Of a stretch of DNA of 64,000 nucleotides, positions 47,188 through 56,687 are shown piece after piece (positions within the stretch are counted from its first letter, which is position 1; every line of letters begins with the position of its first letter). A program made the translations under genes and the position numbers. This DNA is from a virus, in IMG/VR virus record IMGVR_UViG_3300036770_001978, positions 3,753 to 67,752 of that record; one strand, 5' to 3'. A model generated the notes under the pieces. That model was not told where the DNA came from. It saw only the letters and a program-made list of their open reading frames with translations, and did not search any database.

Positions 47188-47682
47188 ATGAACGATAAAG
47201 ACTTCAAGGCAGACATCTTTTCCAAAACCTCTGCCGAGTGGGCGGCGCAAGATCCGCACCTCGCGCGCAACGATCTTGGCATCGAGTCCGACACCGGCCG
47301 TCAGAAAATAGGTGACGGCAGCAAATGGTCTGCTACTTCGTACCTGAAGTCCGTAGGCGATTCCGTCGTCGTGCCCCTGTCCTACGCCGCCACCGTCACC
47401 ACCGACGCATCGGCTGGCGACATCTTCGACCTCACGCTCACCGGCAACGTGACGCTCGCCAACCCGACGAACCCCGTCGACGGCAAGACGCTCCGCTGGC
47501 GGATTCGCCAGGACGCGACCGGCAGTCGGACGGTGACGCTGGGCAACAAGTTCGTCATCCCGTCCACCGCCACCGACCCGCTGCCGTTCTCAACGACGGC
47601 GAACAAGATGGACATCTTGGCTGCGACTTATCACGCTGGCCGGGATAAGTGGGACATCGTCGCTATGGTTCCAGGGTACTAA
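47188..47682 (+). CDS. Tail fibre protein (hyaluronidase/Mtd N-terminal-like domain plus beta-sandwich)
   Basis: T.AEW...DP.L....GIESDTG..KIGDG..W...Y, then LTLTGN.TLANPTN..DG...IRQDATGSRT. Confidence 0.75.
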   Translation: MNDKDFKADIFSKTSAEWAAQDPHLARNDLGIESDTGRQKIGDGSKWSATSYLKSVGDSVVVPLSYAATVTTDASAGDIFDLTLTGNVTLANPTNPVDGKTLRWRIRQDATGSRTVTLGNKFVIPSTATDPLPFSTTANKMDILAATYHAGRDKWDIVAMVPGY

Positions 47683-47692
47683 GGGGTGACGC

Positions 47693-48541
47693 ATGGCAAC
47701 GCTGTATTTCAATGGGGCGGTCGATGACGATTGGAACGAACTGGGCAACTGGTGGACAGACGCCTCATGCGCGTCCCCATACGAGGCCGCATCGCTGCCC
47801 GGCCCGGCCGATGACGTTTATTTTACTAATGCCTCCAACGTCACCAACAGCGGCGATTCGATAACGGTCGCGAATCTGTTTGTAGCGACAGGCGGCTATA
47901 CAGATTTTTCCGCTGAAGTGACAGTGAATGGCGTCGCCACCTTTAGCGACTCCGCAAGCCTTTCCGGCACTGTCTACGGGGATTGCGTTTTTGACCAGTC
48001 TGCTGCGTTGGCCGGAACGGTCTACGGTAACGCGACGTTCCTTGACTACGCGGCGTGTAATGGTTCTGTCTACGGCGCGGCACTGGTTTTCAACGATTAC
48101 TCAAACATTGGGGCGTCTTTCAATGCCAACCCTAGCGCGACTGCGGTGACGTTCAACGATTACTCGGCGGCCCATTCATTCTATGCCGCTTCTGACGTTG
48201 AGTCCGTTGAGTTCAACGACTTCTCGGCCGCATCGTCATCCGACTTCGCTGTACAGTACCCAATCGTCTGCACGTTCAGCGACATGTCTGTTCTGGGGAA
48301 CTATTACTACGGGAGAGGCGAGGCCGGGAGCGGGATGTCTAACCTGAACGTCGGGGATGAATCAGTGATTATTTTCAGGGGAAACGCCCTTCTCTTTGCC
48401 AGTGGGCTTTTTAGCGGCCCAAGGTTTGAGTTCCATGACAACGCCTACAACGCCACCGGGACGCCACCGTACCCAGACACCAACATCCTCCGACGGCCCT
48501 CTCGCGGCATCAACGGTTCATCAATCCTAGGAGTCATCTAG
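47693..48541 (+). CDS. Beta-helix repeat tail spike/adhesin-like protein
   Basis: W...GNWW.D...LP...DDV start, repeated G.V.G.A.F.D.S units. Lower GC than its flanks. Confidence 0.65.
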   Translation: MATLYFNGAVDDDWNELGNWWTDASCASPYEAASLPGPADDVYFTNASNVTNSGDSITVANLFVATGGYTDFSAEVTVNGVATFSDSASLSGTVYGDCVFDQSAALAGTVYGNATFLDYAACNGSVYGAALVFNDYSNIGASFNANPSATAVTFNDYSAAHSFYAASDVESVEFNDFSAASSSDFAVQYPIVCTFSDMSVLGNYYYGRGEAGSGMSNLNVGDESVIIFRGNALLFASGLFSGPRFEFHDNAYNATGTPPYPDTNILRRPSRGINGSSILGVI

Positions 48542-48543
48542 CC

Positions 48544-48852
48544 ATGCGTCTTTCGCAGCCAGTCACTGTCCAGCCGCCGTCTTACACCCGCAGCACCGGC
48601 GAAGTGCGGACGCTCAGGCCGATCACTCTCGCGGAACTGGACATCACCATCGTTGACAACTCCCGGCAGAGACTATGCAGGGCGAGCATTCGGCCCTGCC
48701 CGCAGCCCGTCACGCTCTGGAGCGGCGATGCCTACGACGCGGCTGGCGACTACACGCAGGCGCAGGTTGAGGCCCGCGTGCTGGAGGTGCTGGGGAGCGA
48801 TGTGAAGGCGGGGCTGGAGGCTCTGTTCGTCAGGCCGCAGCCGGTGCGGTGA
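48544..48852 (+). CDS. Hypothetical protein, possible fibre chaperone
   Basis: AGGAG RBS. LW.G.AYD.AGDYT...VE.R motif. Follows the spike gene. Confidence 0.6.
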   Translation: MRLSQPVTVQPPSYTRSTGEVRTLRPITLAELDITIVDNSRQRLCRASIRPCPQPVTLWSGDAYDAAGDYTQAQVEARVLEVLGSDVKAGLEALFVRPQPVR

Positions 48853-48914
48853 CGCTGCCGGTGGAGGGGGAGTAGCGGCCTATCCACTTGGGCCGCATGC
48901 GTCAGAGTGCTGGG

Positions 48915-49439
48915 ATGCACCTGACAGCAGAGCAGCAGCGGCTTGCCGAGCAGGCGATGGAGATCGTGCCGAAGGCGATTGTGGCCTTCCGGTGCCGGTA
49001 TCCGTCGCTCCGGCGGCAGGTGGCTGCGATAGATGCCACGAGCGTTGCCTACCTTGCCATCTGCAAGGCGGCGGTCACGTATGACCCGGCGCAGTCGAAG
49101 GTCACGACCTACTTCTCGATGGCGATTCGCAACGCACTGCTCAAGGAGATCGACAAGAACCGCCGCATGCGGTACGACTCGCCGGATCGGGTGCCGATGG
49201 AGTTGGCGGAGGCACTGTCGGCCAGCAAGCAGCACGGGTTCTCGACCCGCATCCAGACGGCCATCGCACGGCTCCCCGCCAAGTCCCGCAGACTGATCCA
49301 CTTGCGGTTCTTTCGTGGACTCAGCCTGCGGGAGATTGGCGAGCAGTCCGGGTGCGACCCGCGAACTATCCAGCGGCGACTCGCCGTCGCTTTGGACTGT
49401 CTGGGAACGCTTTTGCAAAGCGAGCCGCTTGGGCCTTGA
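48915..49439 (+). CDS. Sigma-70-family sigma factor (regions 2 and 4 only)
   Basis: AICKAA.TYDP...K.TTY....IRN (region 2). LP...R.LI.LRF..GLSLREIG (region 4 HTH). Confidence 0.85.
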   Translation: MHLTAEQQRLAEQAMEIVPKAIVAFRCRYPSLRRQVAAIDATSVAYLAICKAAVTYDPAQSKVTTYFSMAIRNALLKEIDKNRRMRYDSPDRVPMELAEALSASKQHGFSTRIQTAIARLPAKSRRLIHLRFFRGLSLREIGEQSGCDPRTIQRRLAVALDCLGTLLQSEPLGP

Positions 49440-50106
49440 GTGCCCGGCTGATGGAGTTGATGTTCCACTTGTAGCCGTTCGGCCTGCGGACGTTGTAGTA
49501 CGCCAGCGTCAGCCGCTCCAGCGACCAGCCCGCCTTCCGGCAGCGGGCCATCTCCTCCACCACCGCCCGCTCCTCGTGGTCGGGCAGGTAGTAGGAGTCC
49601 TTGCCCGTGCCGCACTTCTTCCAGCCGATGGGGGCGTGCCTGCCGTGTGGCTTGCCCGCCTTCCGCTTCTCCCGCAGGCTGTCTCGGGTGCGCTGGCGGA
49701 TGAACTCCACCTCCAGTTCCGCGAACGCCGTGAGGATCGTGAACACGCAGCGGCCGATGGGACTGCCGGTGTCCAGCCCAAGATCGAGGGAGTTGAAGGA
49801 CACCTCTTTCCGGTTGAGCAACTGCATCGTCTGGGCGGCGTCGATGACGGAGCGGAAGGCCCGGTCGAGTTTGGCCCACACGATCTTGTCTCCCGGCTGG
49901 ACGAGAGCCCACACCTTGCGGCCCTCGTCCCGCTCAAACATCGGCTTGGTGCCGCTGGTGGCGGAGTCGTAGAGCCAGCCGCCGTAGGTGTAGCCCTCTG
50001 GGACGAGTGCCCGCTTGATGTACTCCTCGCACACGGAGCGCTGGGCGTCCTCCGTGATGGTCTGTCGGCCGGTGGATGCCCGGCCATACGCATAGACGAT
50101 GGGCAT
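49366..50106 (-). CDS. Serine recombinase (resolvase/invertase family)
   Basis: YAYGRAST.RQ, D.A.SG, GD.IV.AKLDRAFRS, DT..P.G, AFAELE..FI..RT. Confidence 0.9.
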   Translation of the reverse strand: MPIVYAYGRASTGRQTITEDAQRSVCEEYIKRALVPEGYTYGGWLYDSATSGTKPMFERDEGRKVWALVQPGDKIVWAKLDRAFRSVIDAAQTMQLLNRKEVSFNSLDLGLDTGSPIGRCVFTILTAFAELEVEFIRQRTRDSLREKRKAGKPHGRHAPIGWKKCGTGKDSYYLPDHEERAVVEEMARCRKAGWSLERLTLAYYNVRRPNGYKWNINSISRALKAQAARFAKAFPDSPKRRRVAAG

Positions 50107-50117
50107 GTGCGTGCCTC

Positions 50118-50330
50118 CTAGAGCAAGTAGAAGAAGACGAAGACCACGACGCAGAGCCAGCCGAACGGTCCCATGTAGATGGGCTCGGTCGGATCGAGGC
50201 TGGTGCGAACCATCAACGCCAGGATCGCAAGCCGGAACACCCACTCGATAGGCCCGGCGTCGAGGCCGAGCATGTTGCGGAACCGTTCGCGGACGGTGCT
50301 GTGGCTGTACTTGTAGTCCAAGAAATCCAT
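50118..50330 (-). CDS. Small membrane protein
   Basis: 70 aa, two hydrophobic segments. Confidence 0.55.
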   Translation of the reverse strand: MDFLDYKYSHSTVRERFRNMLGLDAGPIEWVFRLAILALMVRTSLDPTEPIYMGPFGWLCVVVFVFFYLL

Positions 50331-50343
50331 GTCGGGTTTCCTT

Positions 50344-51234
50344 TCAGAATGAGTCGGGTCCGGGAATGTAGAGGTCACCGAGAATCCACTCCGTGATGCC
50401 AGCGATGGCGTCCTTGCTGCACTTCCACCGCATGCCGCCGTCTCGCCAGGACTTCCCTTCCGGGACGGCAAAGAACTGGCTGTGCTTGCGGGCGTAGTCA
50501 CCGTCAACGTGGTGATGCGTCCGTCCTGTGTCGTCGTACGGGCCGACCTTGATGAGCAGCCGCTTGCCGTCCTGCCCCGCTGTGGGTGCGGTGCAGACGT
50601 GCAGGGTGGCACCCACGAAGGGGATGTGGGCACGGTATCCAGGCAGTTCGTCAAAGACCTGCACCACGCAGGGCGGGCCATCGGCCAGTGCCCGCTTCAG
50701 ACGGGTGGCAAACAGCCTGCACCTGCGGGCCAGCGTCTTGTACTTGCGGTGTTCAAACGGCTTGGCCCAGTTCTTCGGCGCTGGCAGCAGCCCGCGTGGG
50801 ACGTGCTGCCACACTCCAGGCAGTCGGGGGACAAGCGTGGCAACGCCGTCGCGAACGATGTAGTGCATGCGGATGTCGTCCGCGAACACCCGCCGCTCGT
50901 CGTACGGGGTGAACGCCCGCACGTAGCGTTTCCATGTCTCCCGAATCTTCTCGTGCCGCTGGCGGTTCTGCCTGCGGTAGTACGTGTCGGGGCTGACGAC
51001 GGAGTATGCCGTGTCGCCATTCGCCGCACGGTAGACGTACGCCAGCGGCACGACGAGACGGTCTGTCTCGTACGCAATCGCAATGGCGCACGGCGGACGC
51101 TGGCTTTGGGCCGCAACAACGCTGCCGTACAGGGACGTTGACCGTCTGGCTCCCGTCTTGTGCTCACGCAGGATCACCTCCAACTGTTCGTAGGTGTAGA
51201 CCTTCTTCCTGAGTTTCTTCTGTGTCATGCTCAT
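50344..51234 (-). CDS. Hypothetical basic protein
   Basis: 296 aa, ATGA-coupled to the VWA gene. Confidence 0.65.
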   Translation of the reverse strand: MSMTQKKLRKKVYTYEQLEVILREHKTGARRSTSLYGSVVAAQSQRPPCAIAIAYETDRLVVPLAYVYRAANGDTAYSVVSPDTYYRRQNRQRHEKIRETWKRYVRAFTPYDERRVFADDIRMHYIVRDGVATLVPRLPGVWQHVPRGLLPAPKNWAKPFEHRKYKTLARRCRLFATRLKRALADGPPCVVQVFDELPGYRAHIPFVGATLHVCTAPTAGQDGKRLLIKVGPYDDTGRTHHHVDGDYARKHSQFFAVPEGKSWRDGGMRWKCSKDAIAGITEWILGDLYIPGPDSF

Positions 51235-52733
51235 GCCTCTTGTTTGAGTGGCACAACGCGAGCCCACTTGGGGATGGAGTTGTGCCAGTGCGAGTCCTTG
51301 TGACCCGTGTACGCCACAACGATGCGGGCACGTGGCTTCTTGCCATGCCAGTCCGTCGCGGCGTCCGTGATGAGAACGATGGAGTCAGGCTTGTCGGCCT
51401 GCTCAACCTGCTCGATGGCGGTGGACATGTCCGTGCCGCCGCCCCCGTGCCACTCAAACAACTTGGTCGTGGCGACCATCTTGTGCGACTGCACTTGCGT
51501 ATCGGCACAGTAGACTTTGACCCGCCCCAGTTTCCGCAGCCCTTGAGCGATGACGGACAGGGCTTTGGCCTGCACCTCCGTCATCATCATGGAGGCAGAC
51601 GTGTCCACGATCACGACGGCATGCGGCTGCACGGTGATGCGGCCGTGCAGGAGTGGGGCATCGTCGCCCGGCGGCTGCTTGCGTGACCGGCGGCGGTGAG
51701 AGTAGTCCCGTCCGCCAACCGGAGATGCCACGCTGGTGCAGACCGCCGACCGCAACTGATCGAACGGGTTGGGCGTGGGACGCAACTTCTGCTTGAGTGC
51801 CTGCTTGATGGAGCCGGGCACCTTGCCGGGATTGCTGGACTCGTACTGGGCTATGGCTTCTTCCGCTTGGGCTGCTGCCATGTCCTCGCCGTACGCTTCC
51901 CACGAGCCGTCACTTTCGATCTCGTAGGGGCGAGGGCACCCGTCCGCACACGAGCCGCCGGTGCCCGGCGAACCGGGCGGGGGCGGTGCCGAGCCCTGCC
52001 CAGACGGAGGCGATCCCGCTCCGCTGCCAGACGGACTCTTGCTGCCATCCGCGTCAGCACCGTCTTCGCCGGCGTCTCCCCCAGCACCCGGACTGCCAGC
52101 GCCACCGTCGCTGCCCTCGCCGCCCATGTCGTCGTCGCCTTGCCCGTCTCCATCGGGATCATCGCCGCCGGATGTGGACGAATCCCCCTTCTCGCCACCA
52201 CTTCCGGAAGACCCATCGGAATCAGACTCCCCATCGCTGCCTCCTTGCTGTTGGTTGTTGTCGCCGCTCCGCTTCAACTTCTCCATGATGAGGCGGTAAT
52301 ACTCCTGCATCGACTTGTTCTCTGGGAAGTCGAGCGTGATGCCCCATGCCGGGACTTCCACTCCCAGATGCACGGCACCCTCCGGTCGCAGGTGCCGCAT
52401 CATGTCGAGCGTCTGCTCGATGACCAGATCACCGGCCACGTTGCAGACGAACCGCTCCAACTCACTCGGGTTCTTGCCAAGTATCTCCTGCGACCGGGAG
52501 TGGTGGTCGAAGATCAGATGCAACACCTCGTGGGCCACGAGGTAGGCGGTCTGATCCCGGCCGATCTTGGATACGAACTCGGCATCCCAGTACAGGTTGC
52601 CAGCCGCGTCCACTGCTGCCGTGCCGATGCCCGGCGTCTCCTGCTCACGCAGGGAGTAGATGTACGAGGCGAGGTACGGGACATACTCAAAGGTATGCAC
52701 CCGTGCCTGCCCCAGTAGTTGTCGTGGGGTCAT
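51231..52733 (-). CDS. Metallopeptidase-VWA protein (DUF2201-like)
   Basis: TAAVD, HEVLH, N.A.DL.I, Gly/Asp-rich linker, MIDAS DTSAS, GGGGTD, LITD. Confidence 0.88.
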   Translation of the reverse strand: MTPRQLLGQARVHTFEYVPYLASYIYSLREQETPGIGTAAVDAAGNLYWDAEFVSKIGRDQTAYLVAHEVLHLIFDHHSRSQEILGKNPSELERFVCNVAGDLVIEQTLDMMRHLRPEGAVHLGVEVPAWGITLDFPENKSMQEYYRLIMEKLKRSGDNNQQQGGSDGESDSDGSSGSGGEKGDSSTSGGDDPDGDGQGDDDMGGEGSDGGAGSPGAGGDAGEDGADADGSKSPSGSGAGSPPSGQGSAPPPPGSPGTGGSCADGCPRPYEIESDGSWEAYGEDMAAAQAEEAIAQYESSNPGKVPGSIKQALKQKLRPTPNPFDQLRSAVCTSVASPVGGRDYSHRRRSRKQPPGDDAPLLHGRITVQPHAVVIVDTSASMMMTEVQAKALSVIAQGLRKLGRVKVYCADTQVQSHKMVATTKLFEWHGGGGTDMSTAIEQVEQADKPDSIVLITDAATDWHGKKPRARIVVAYTGHKDSHWHNSIPKWARVVPLKQEA

Positions 52734-52984
52734 GGGAGGTTCTCCGTAGGGGTTTCCGGGAGGTCGCACCAGTACCGCACTCGCGGCACCATTCTGGGCG
52801 GCAGCGTGCCGGGCTTGGCCGACCCGTACACGACTGACGGCCAGTCGAAGTCAAAGACCGTGCCGTCCCAGTACGCCATCTCGATGTAGCCATCGTCCTG
52901 TGCGACAAGCACACGACGCTGGCTGTCGGGCAGGCACTTCCGTTCGCCCTGCTCGACTTCATGCCACACAATTCCGATGCACAT
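52730..52984 (-). CDS. DUF551-like small protein
   Basis: WH....LP...RVLV...V.YW..LP. Confidence 0.55.
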   Translation of the reverse strand: MCIGIVWHEVEQGERKCLPDSQRRVLVAQDDGYIEMAYWDGTVFDFDWPSVVYGSAKPGTLPPRMVPRVRYWCDLPETPTENLP

Positions 52985-53304
52985 TACTCGCTCCTTTCTT
53001 CTGCTTTGGCAATCGCCGCATCCGCCATGAGGCAGGCGTTGTGCTGATCGTCCGTGCCGTCTGAGGTGAACGCATCACGCATGGCACGCAGCGCCTCAAG
53101 CAACGCAGGCGCAGCAGCGAACAGGCGACCAGTCTCGCCTGTCATCTCGTATGCCACTGACCAGTTGTCGTCTTCCCCGACGACGCGAGCGTGACCGTTG
53201 TATTGCAGTAGATAGAGCATGCTTTCTGCCCCCTCAGAAGGCTCGCTCATCTCTTGCGCGTCGCCGTCCACCTCCATCTCCACCGTCACGCGAATCGTGC
53301 CCAT
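52984..53304 (-). CDS. Hypothetical protein with RLFAAAPALL..AAIAKAE module
   Basis: TGATG-type coupling. Module shared with the adjacent gene. Confidence 0.65.
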   Translation of the reverse strand: MGTIRVTVEMEVDGDAQEMSEPSEGAESMLYLLQYNGHARVVGEDDNWSVAYEMTGETGRLFAAAPALLEALRAMRDAFTSDGTDDQHNACLMADAAIAKAEERSE

Positions 53305-53597
53305 CACGCGTCCCTCCCTTCTGCTTTGGCGATGGCGGCCTTGCATCGGCCCAGAACGTCGTATCCGTAAGAACCCTGCTCACTGCTGCCCTCGTCGTAG
53401 TGGACGATTTCCCGCAGGGCTGAAAGCAACTCCGGTGCTGCGGCGATGAGGCGGGCGTTAGCCGCCGCCTCTGGGTCAGAGAGGTCGCGAGGGTCGCACG
53501 CGACAGTGGCTATCTCGCGCCACTGCGGATACGGCCGGTCGGATACAATCGCGAAACCTCCAGAAGTCCATGGGCCAGGTGTGTGTGTCATTGTCAT
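53304..53597 (-). CDS. Hypothetical protein, HTPGPW..ANARLIAAAPELL family
   Basis: Common phage motif. AAGGAG RBS. Confidence 0.75.
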   Translation of the reverse strand: MTMTHTPGPWTSGGFAIVSDRPYPQWREIATVACDPRDLSDPEAAANARLIAAAPELLSALREIVHYDEGSSEQGSYGYDVLGRCKAAIAKAEGRDA

Positions 53598-53615
53598 GTC
53601 TCCTTTGTGTGTGAA

Positions 53616-54719
53616 TCACGACTGAACCAACGCCATCAACTTCGCCAGCACGTCCTTCGGCGGGTTCCAGCCGTCCGGTCGCACGCCACCCTTGCTAACG
53701 GGGTTCCAGAACGAACGGAACTGCATGAGGAACGACTCGATCTCCTGTTCACCGATGGTGATGAACGCCTCCGCCGCACGAGTCCACCGCTCCTTGCTGG
53801 TGTTGTCACGCAGGGACTTCACCAGACCAGTGAGGAAGCAGATGTTGGCGTCGGGCCGACGCTCGTACTTGTAGTCCTCCGCACCGGACAGGTACGCCTC
53901 CGGGTTGAGCAGGTCGAGCCGGTGCCAGTACCGGAGGAACTCGCCGCCCACCTCCGCACCGACGCAGCCAACGGCGAGCGGCCGGTAGATGGGGTCTTTC
54001 TGCTCGTACCCGCAGGCACCCGCCGCAGCGAAGCACTTGGCGAGGAACGTCCACGTCCGCAGGTTGGGGAACGCCATCGTCTCGTCGTCCTGCGGCAACT
54101 TCTCCCGAGCGTCGGGAGCCGAGCGGAGGAACGCCTCGACCAGCGAGCCAAACTGCGGAAGGAAGTCGGTCCAGTGTTCAGGCACGATGGGGAACTGCGG
54201 GGCAGTCCACTGGCACCCAGCCCGCAGGCCGGTGAACCAGTGCTCGTAGTCCACCTCCCAAGGGAAGTGAACGAACCGTGCCCGCATGGCTGGTGCGAGA
54301 GGCACCGCATTGGGACACAGTTCCGGTGGGTTGCAGGCACCGACGATGATGGTCGATGCAGGCATCACGTAGTCACCGACCCGTCGCTCCGACAGGACGG
54401 AGAGCAGGCCACCCTGCGTGGCAGACGGCACGTTGGTCACCTCGTCCACGAGGACGAGAGCCTTGCCGTCTTTGGTCTTGTCCCACAACGATGTCGGCAT
54501 CATGCGAACGACGCCAGCCGCGTTATCGGGGATGGGATAGCCAGAGAAATCTTCGGGCAGGTGGGTGGCACCGAGCAGCGGGACGAACGTCCGCTCCAGT
54601 GCCGCAGCCAGCGCCTCCCACGTTGAGGACTTGCCGACGCCAGTGCCACCCGTGACCAGCACGGGAGCGACCTGACAGGCGAGGAACGCAGGGGTGTTGC
54701 CGAGTGTGGTGCGAGACAT
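53616..54719 (-). CDS. MoxR-like AAA+ ATPase
   Basis: Walker A GGTGVGKS, P.DF.GYP, Walker B LVDE, ACNP, A.R.RF, P..RTW. Confidence 0.9.
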   Translation of the reverse strand: MSRTTLGNTPAFLACQVAPVLVTGGTGVGKSSTWEALAAALERTFVPLLGATHLPEDFSGYPIPDNAAGVVRMMPTSLWDKTKDGKALVLVDEVTNVPSATQGGLLSVLSERRVGDYVMPASTIIVGACNPPELCPNAVPLAPAMRARFVHFPWEVDYEHWFTGLRAGCQWTAPQFPIVPEHWTDFLPQFGSLVEAFLRSAPDAREKLPQDDETMAFPNLRTWTFLAKCFAAAGACGYEQKDPIYRPLAVGCVGAEVGGEFLRYWHRLDLLNPEAYLSGAEDYKYERRPDANICFLTGLVKSLRDNTSKERWTRAAEAFITIGEQEIESFLMQFRSFWNPVSKGGVRPDGWNPPKDVLAKLMALVQS

Positions 54720-54796
54720 GACAGGAATGCTCCTGAGTAGGGGACCAATGGGACGGGGGACGGGGCGGCACGATGCTACCCCGTCCCCCTACAAAC

Positions 54797-54833
54797 CAGA
54801 CTCCGCAGCGGGAAAACTGCGGGGAAAACGTCA
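54797..54833 (-). repeat. 15-bp motif copy 1, within a 37-bp repeat identical to 56808-56844
   Basis: CAGACTCCGCAGCGGGAAAACTGCGGGGAAAACGTCA on the + strand. Confidence 0.9.
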
Positions 54834-55160
54834 GCCGCCGACGCAGATGACGAACGTCGGGGAGGCGGCTGGTGCGGCAGCGGGTTCGCTGCGGCGAGCG
54901 GTCGGCTGGGCAGAGGTCCGGGTGATCTTGGCCCTCCGCTTGACCTTCCGCTTGGCGGGTACGATCCCGCTTGGCCTGTTCCGCATGCCCTTCAACTTGG
55001 GCAGGACGAGCCCGCGCTGGGCCAGCGTCTTGAGCCGGTCGTTGAGCATGTATGGACTGATGCCAGTGAGTTCCAAGAACTCCTTGAAGTGCAGGTCGCA
55101 GGTCAGGGCGTCCTTGTACTCGCTGATGAACTTGCTGTAGTCGAGGCGAAGCGTACGCAT
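54831..55160 (-). CDS. Hypothetical basic protein, possible HTH
   Basis: AAGGAG RBS. EFLELTGIS...L..R...L..RG..LP.L. Confidence 0.65.
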   Translation of the reverse strand: MRTLRLDYSKFISEYKDALTCDLHFKEFLELTGISPYMLNDRLKTLAQRGLVLPKLKGMRNRPSGIVPAKRKVKRRAKITRTSAQPTARRSEPAAAPAASPTFVICVGG

Positions 55161-55187
55161 AACACTCTCCTTAGTGGATGGGATGGG

Positions 55188-56066
55188 TCAGACAGCCGCA
55201 GCCAGCAGCCGATTGACGGCGACTGCCTGCTTCACTTGGTCGATGGCCGCAGTCAGTTCGGGCAACGGTCGCCCGAGAACCTGCTCGTACAACCGCACCT
55301 TCTCCAGAAACCTGTCGGCCCTGTTGATTCGCACGTTGATGGAGCGGTCGGCCATGCCGCCGGTCGCCTCCATCACGTCGGTCATGATCTCCGCCAGACC
55401 TGCCTGCACTTCCGAGCCGAGCCGGTCGAGGACGTGCATCACCGTGTCGGGATCGGATGCGATCTCGACTTGGTGAACGGTGAATCGCGGGCCGTCTGCG
55501 TGCGGTCCGAGCAGCAGGCTTGCGAACGTGCGGAAGTCCTCAAGCGTCTGGCCCAGCATGAACCACACGCCGCCGTCGTCCTTCAGTGGCGTGGCCTTCC
55601 AGTGGCGGAGCATCTTGACCACCACCTGACCGACCACGCTGGACGGCAGGTAGTCCCGCTGCTGCACGACCGCAGGGTCGAGCGAGGCGAGAACCTGTGA
55701 GCCGCGTGGCCCGGCGGAGTCGTACTCCAGGATGCCCACGCCCCAGTTGGTGTCGATGAGGGCAGAGAACAGGAAGCGGTACTCGTTCTGCGACTGGCCC
55801 GGCACCACACGCACCACCTCAAACGAGGCTGGGTCGTCCAGTTGCCGCACCACGTTGGGTTGCCTGCGGATGCGGCCGTACAGGCTGTCGGCTACGTCCT
55901 TCATGCAGTCCCGCAGCACGGTCGTGCGAGCGGGCTGGGCAGGGACGAACTGCCCGCAGCGTACGGCATCCGCCGCGTAGTAGAGGCGGTCGCGGTTGAC
56001 CGTCTTGGTGTTGAGGATGGCGATGCCGCCGAGCCCCGACCCGATGGTGAGAGTTGTCGGTGTCAT
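55188..56066 (-). CDS. Conserved phage protein (DUF3150/DUF6744-like)
   Basis: 292 aa. PL...GGVWF motif and helical C-terminus. Typical MoxR-VWA neighbour. Confidence 0.6.
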   Translation of the reverse strand: MTPTTLTIGSGLGGIAILNTKTVNRDRLYYAADAVRCGQFVPAQPARTTVLRDCMKDVADSLYGRIRRQPNVVRQLDDPASFEVVRVVPGQSQNEYRFLFSALIDTNWGVGILEYDSAGPRGSQVLASLDPAVVQQRDYLPSSVVGQVVVKMLRHWKATPLKDDGGVWFMLGQTLEDFRTFASLLLGPHADGPRFTVHQVEIASDPDTVMHVLDRLGSEVQAGLAEIMTDVMEATGGMADRSINVRINRADRFLEKVRLYEQVLGRPLPELTAAIDQVKQAVAVNRLLAAAV

Positions 56067-56077
56067 GGTGGATCCTT

Positions 56078-56254
56078 TCAGTGGGTGATGACTTGGTGCT
56101 GTGCCTTGACGAACCGTCGTTGCAGGACAGCGAACGCCGCTGCCTGCTCGGGTTCATCGAACTGCTCGCGGTCCTCCGCGCTCTCGTGCAGGGCCGTGAT
56201 GATGAGGTCGATCTCGCTGGGCGTGAGGGTCACGGTAGTAGTCGGGTATGGCAT
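56078..56254 (-). CDS. Small hypothetical protein (58 aa, not in ORF track)
   Basis: AGGAGG RBS. MPYPTTTVTLTPSEIDLIITALHESAED... Confidence 0.6.
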   Translation of the reverse strand: MPYPTTTVTLTPSEIDLIITALHESAEDREQFDEPEQAAAFAVLQRRFVKAQHQVITH

Positions 56255-56284
56255 ACCCCGCCTCCTGTGTGAGTGTACATCTAT

Positions 56285-56449
56285 TCAGTTCTCCGTCAAC
56301 GGTTCGACGGGCCGGGAGCCGGTGTTCCAGTTGTCATCCGGATGCCTGAGCATCCCGGTGTAGATGACGACCTCACGCTCGTCGCTCTCGTCGAACATGG
56401 CGTCGGGGAACACGGCGAGTACGCGATCCATCAGTTCTTGCAGCGTCAT
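56285..56449 (-). CDS. Small hypothetical protein (54 aa)
   Basis: AAGGAG RBS. MTLQELMDRVLAVFPDA... Confidence 0.55.
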   Translation of the reverse strand: MTLQELMDRVLAVFPDAMFDESDEREVVIYTGMLRHPDDNWNTGSRPVEPLTEN

Positions 56450-56678
56450 GCTTCTGCTCCTTGAGGTAAGACTTCCAGTCGAACGACCACGCACGGGCAC
56501 CGATCACTTGGGCGTGGCCCTTACGTGCGATGCGGCGGGCGAGGTACTGCAACCAGCCGAGCCCGGTCCACCCGAAGTGGGCGGCGATCTCCCGGTACGA
56601 CGGCTGGTATCCATTGGCGTCAATCGAGCGGGCGATGAGGGTGAGAATCTCTCGCTCGCGTTGGGTCAGGTCAGTCAT
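56373..56678 (-). CDS. LexA N-terminal-like winged-HTH protein
   Basis: LT.RE.EIL..I...I..NGY.PS.REIA.HFG...YL.R..RKG. No peptidase domain. Confidence 0.8.
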   Translation of the reverse strand: MTDLTQREREILTLIARSIDANGYQPSYREIAAHFGWTGLGWLQYLARRIARKGHAQVIGARAWSFDWKSYLKEQKHDAARTDGSRTRRVPRRHVRRERRA

Positions 56679-56687
56679 TGCTTCCTT

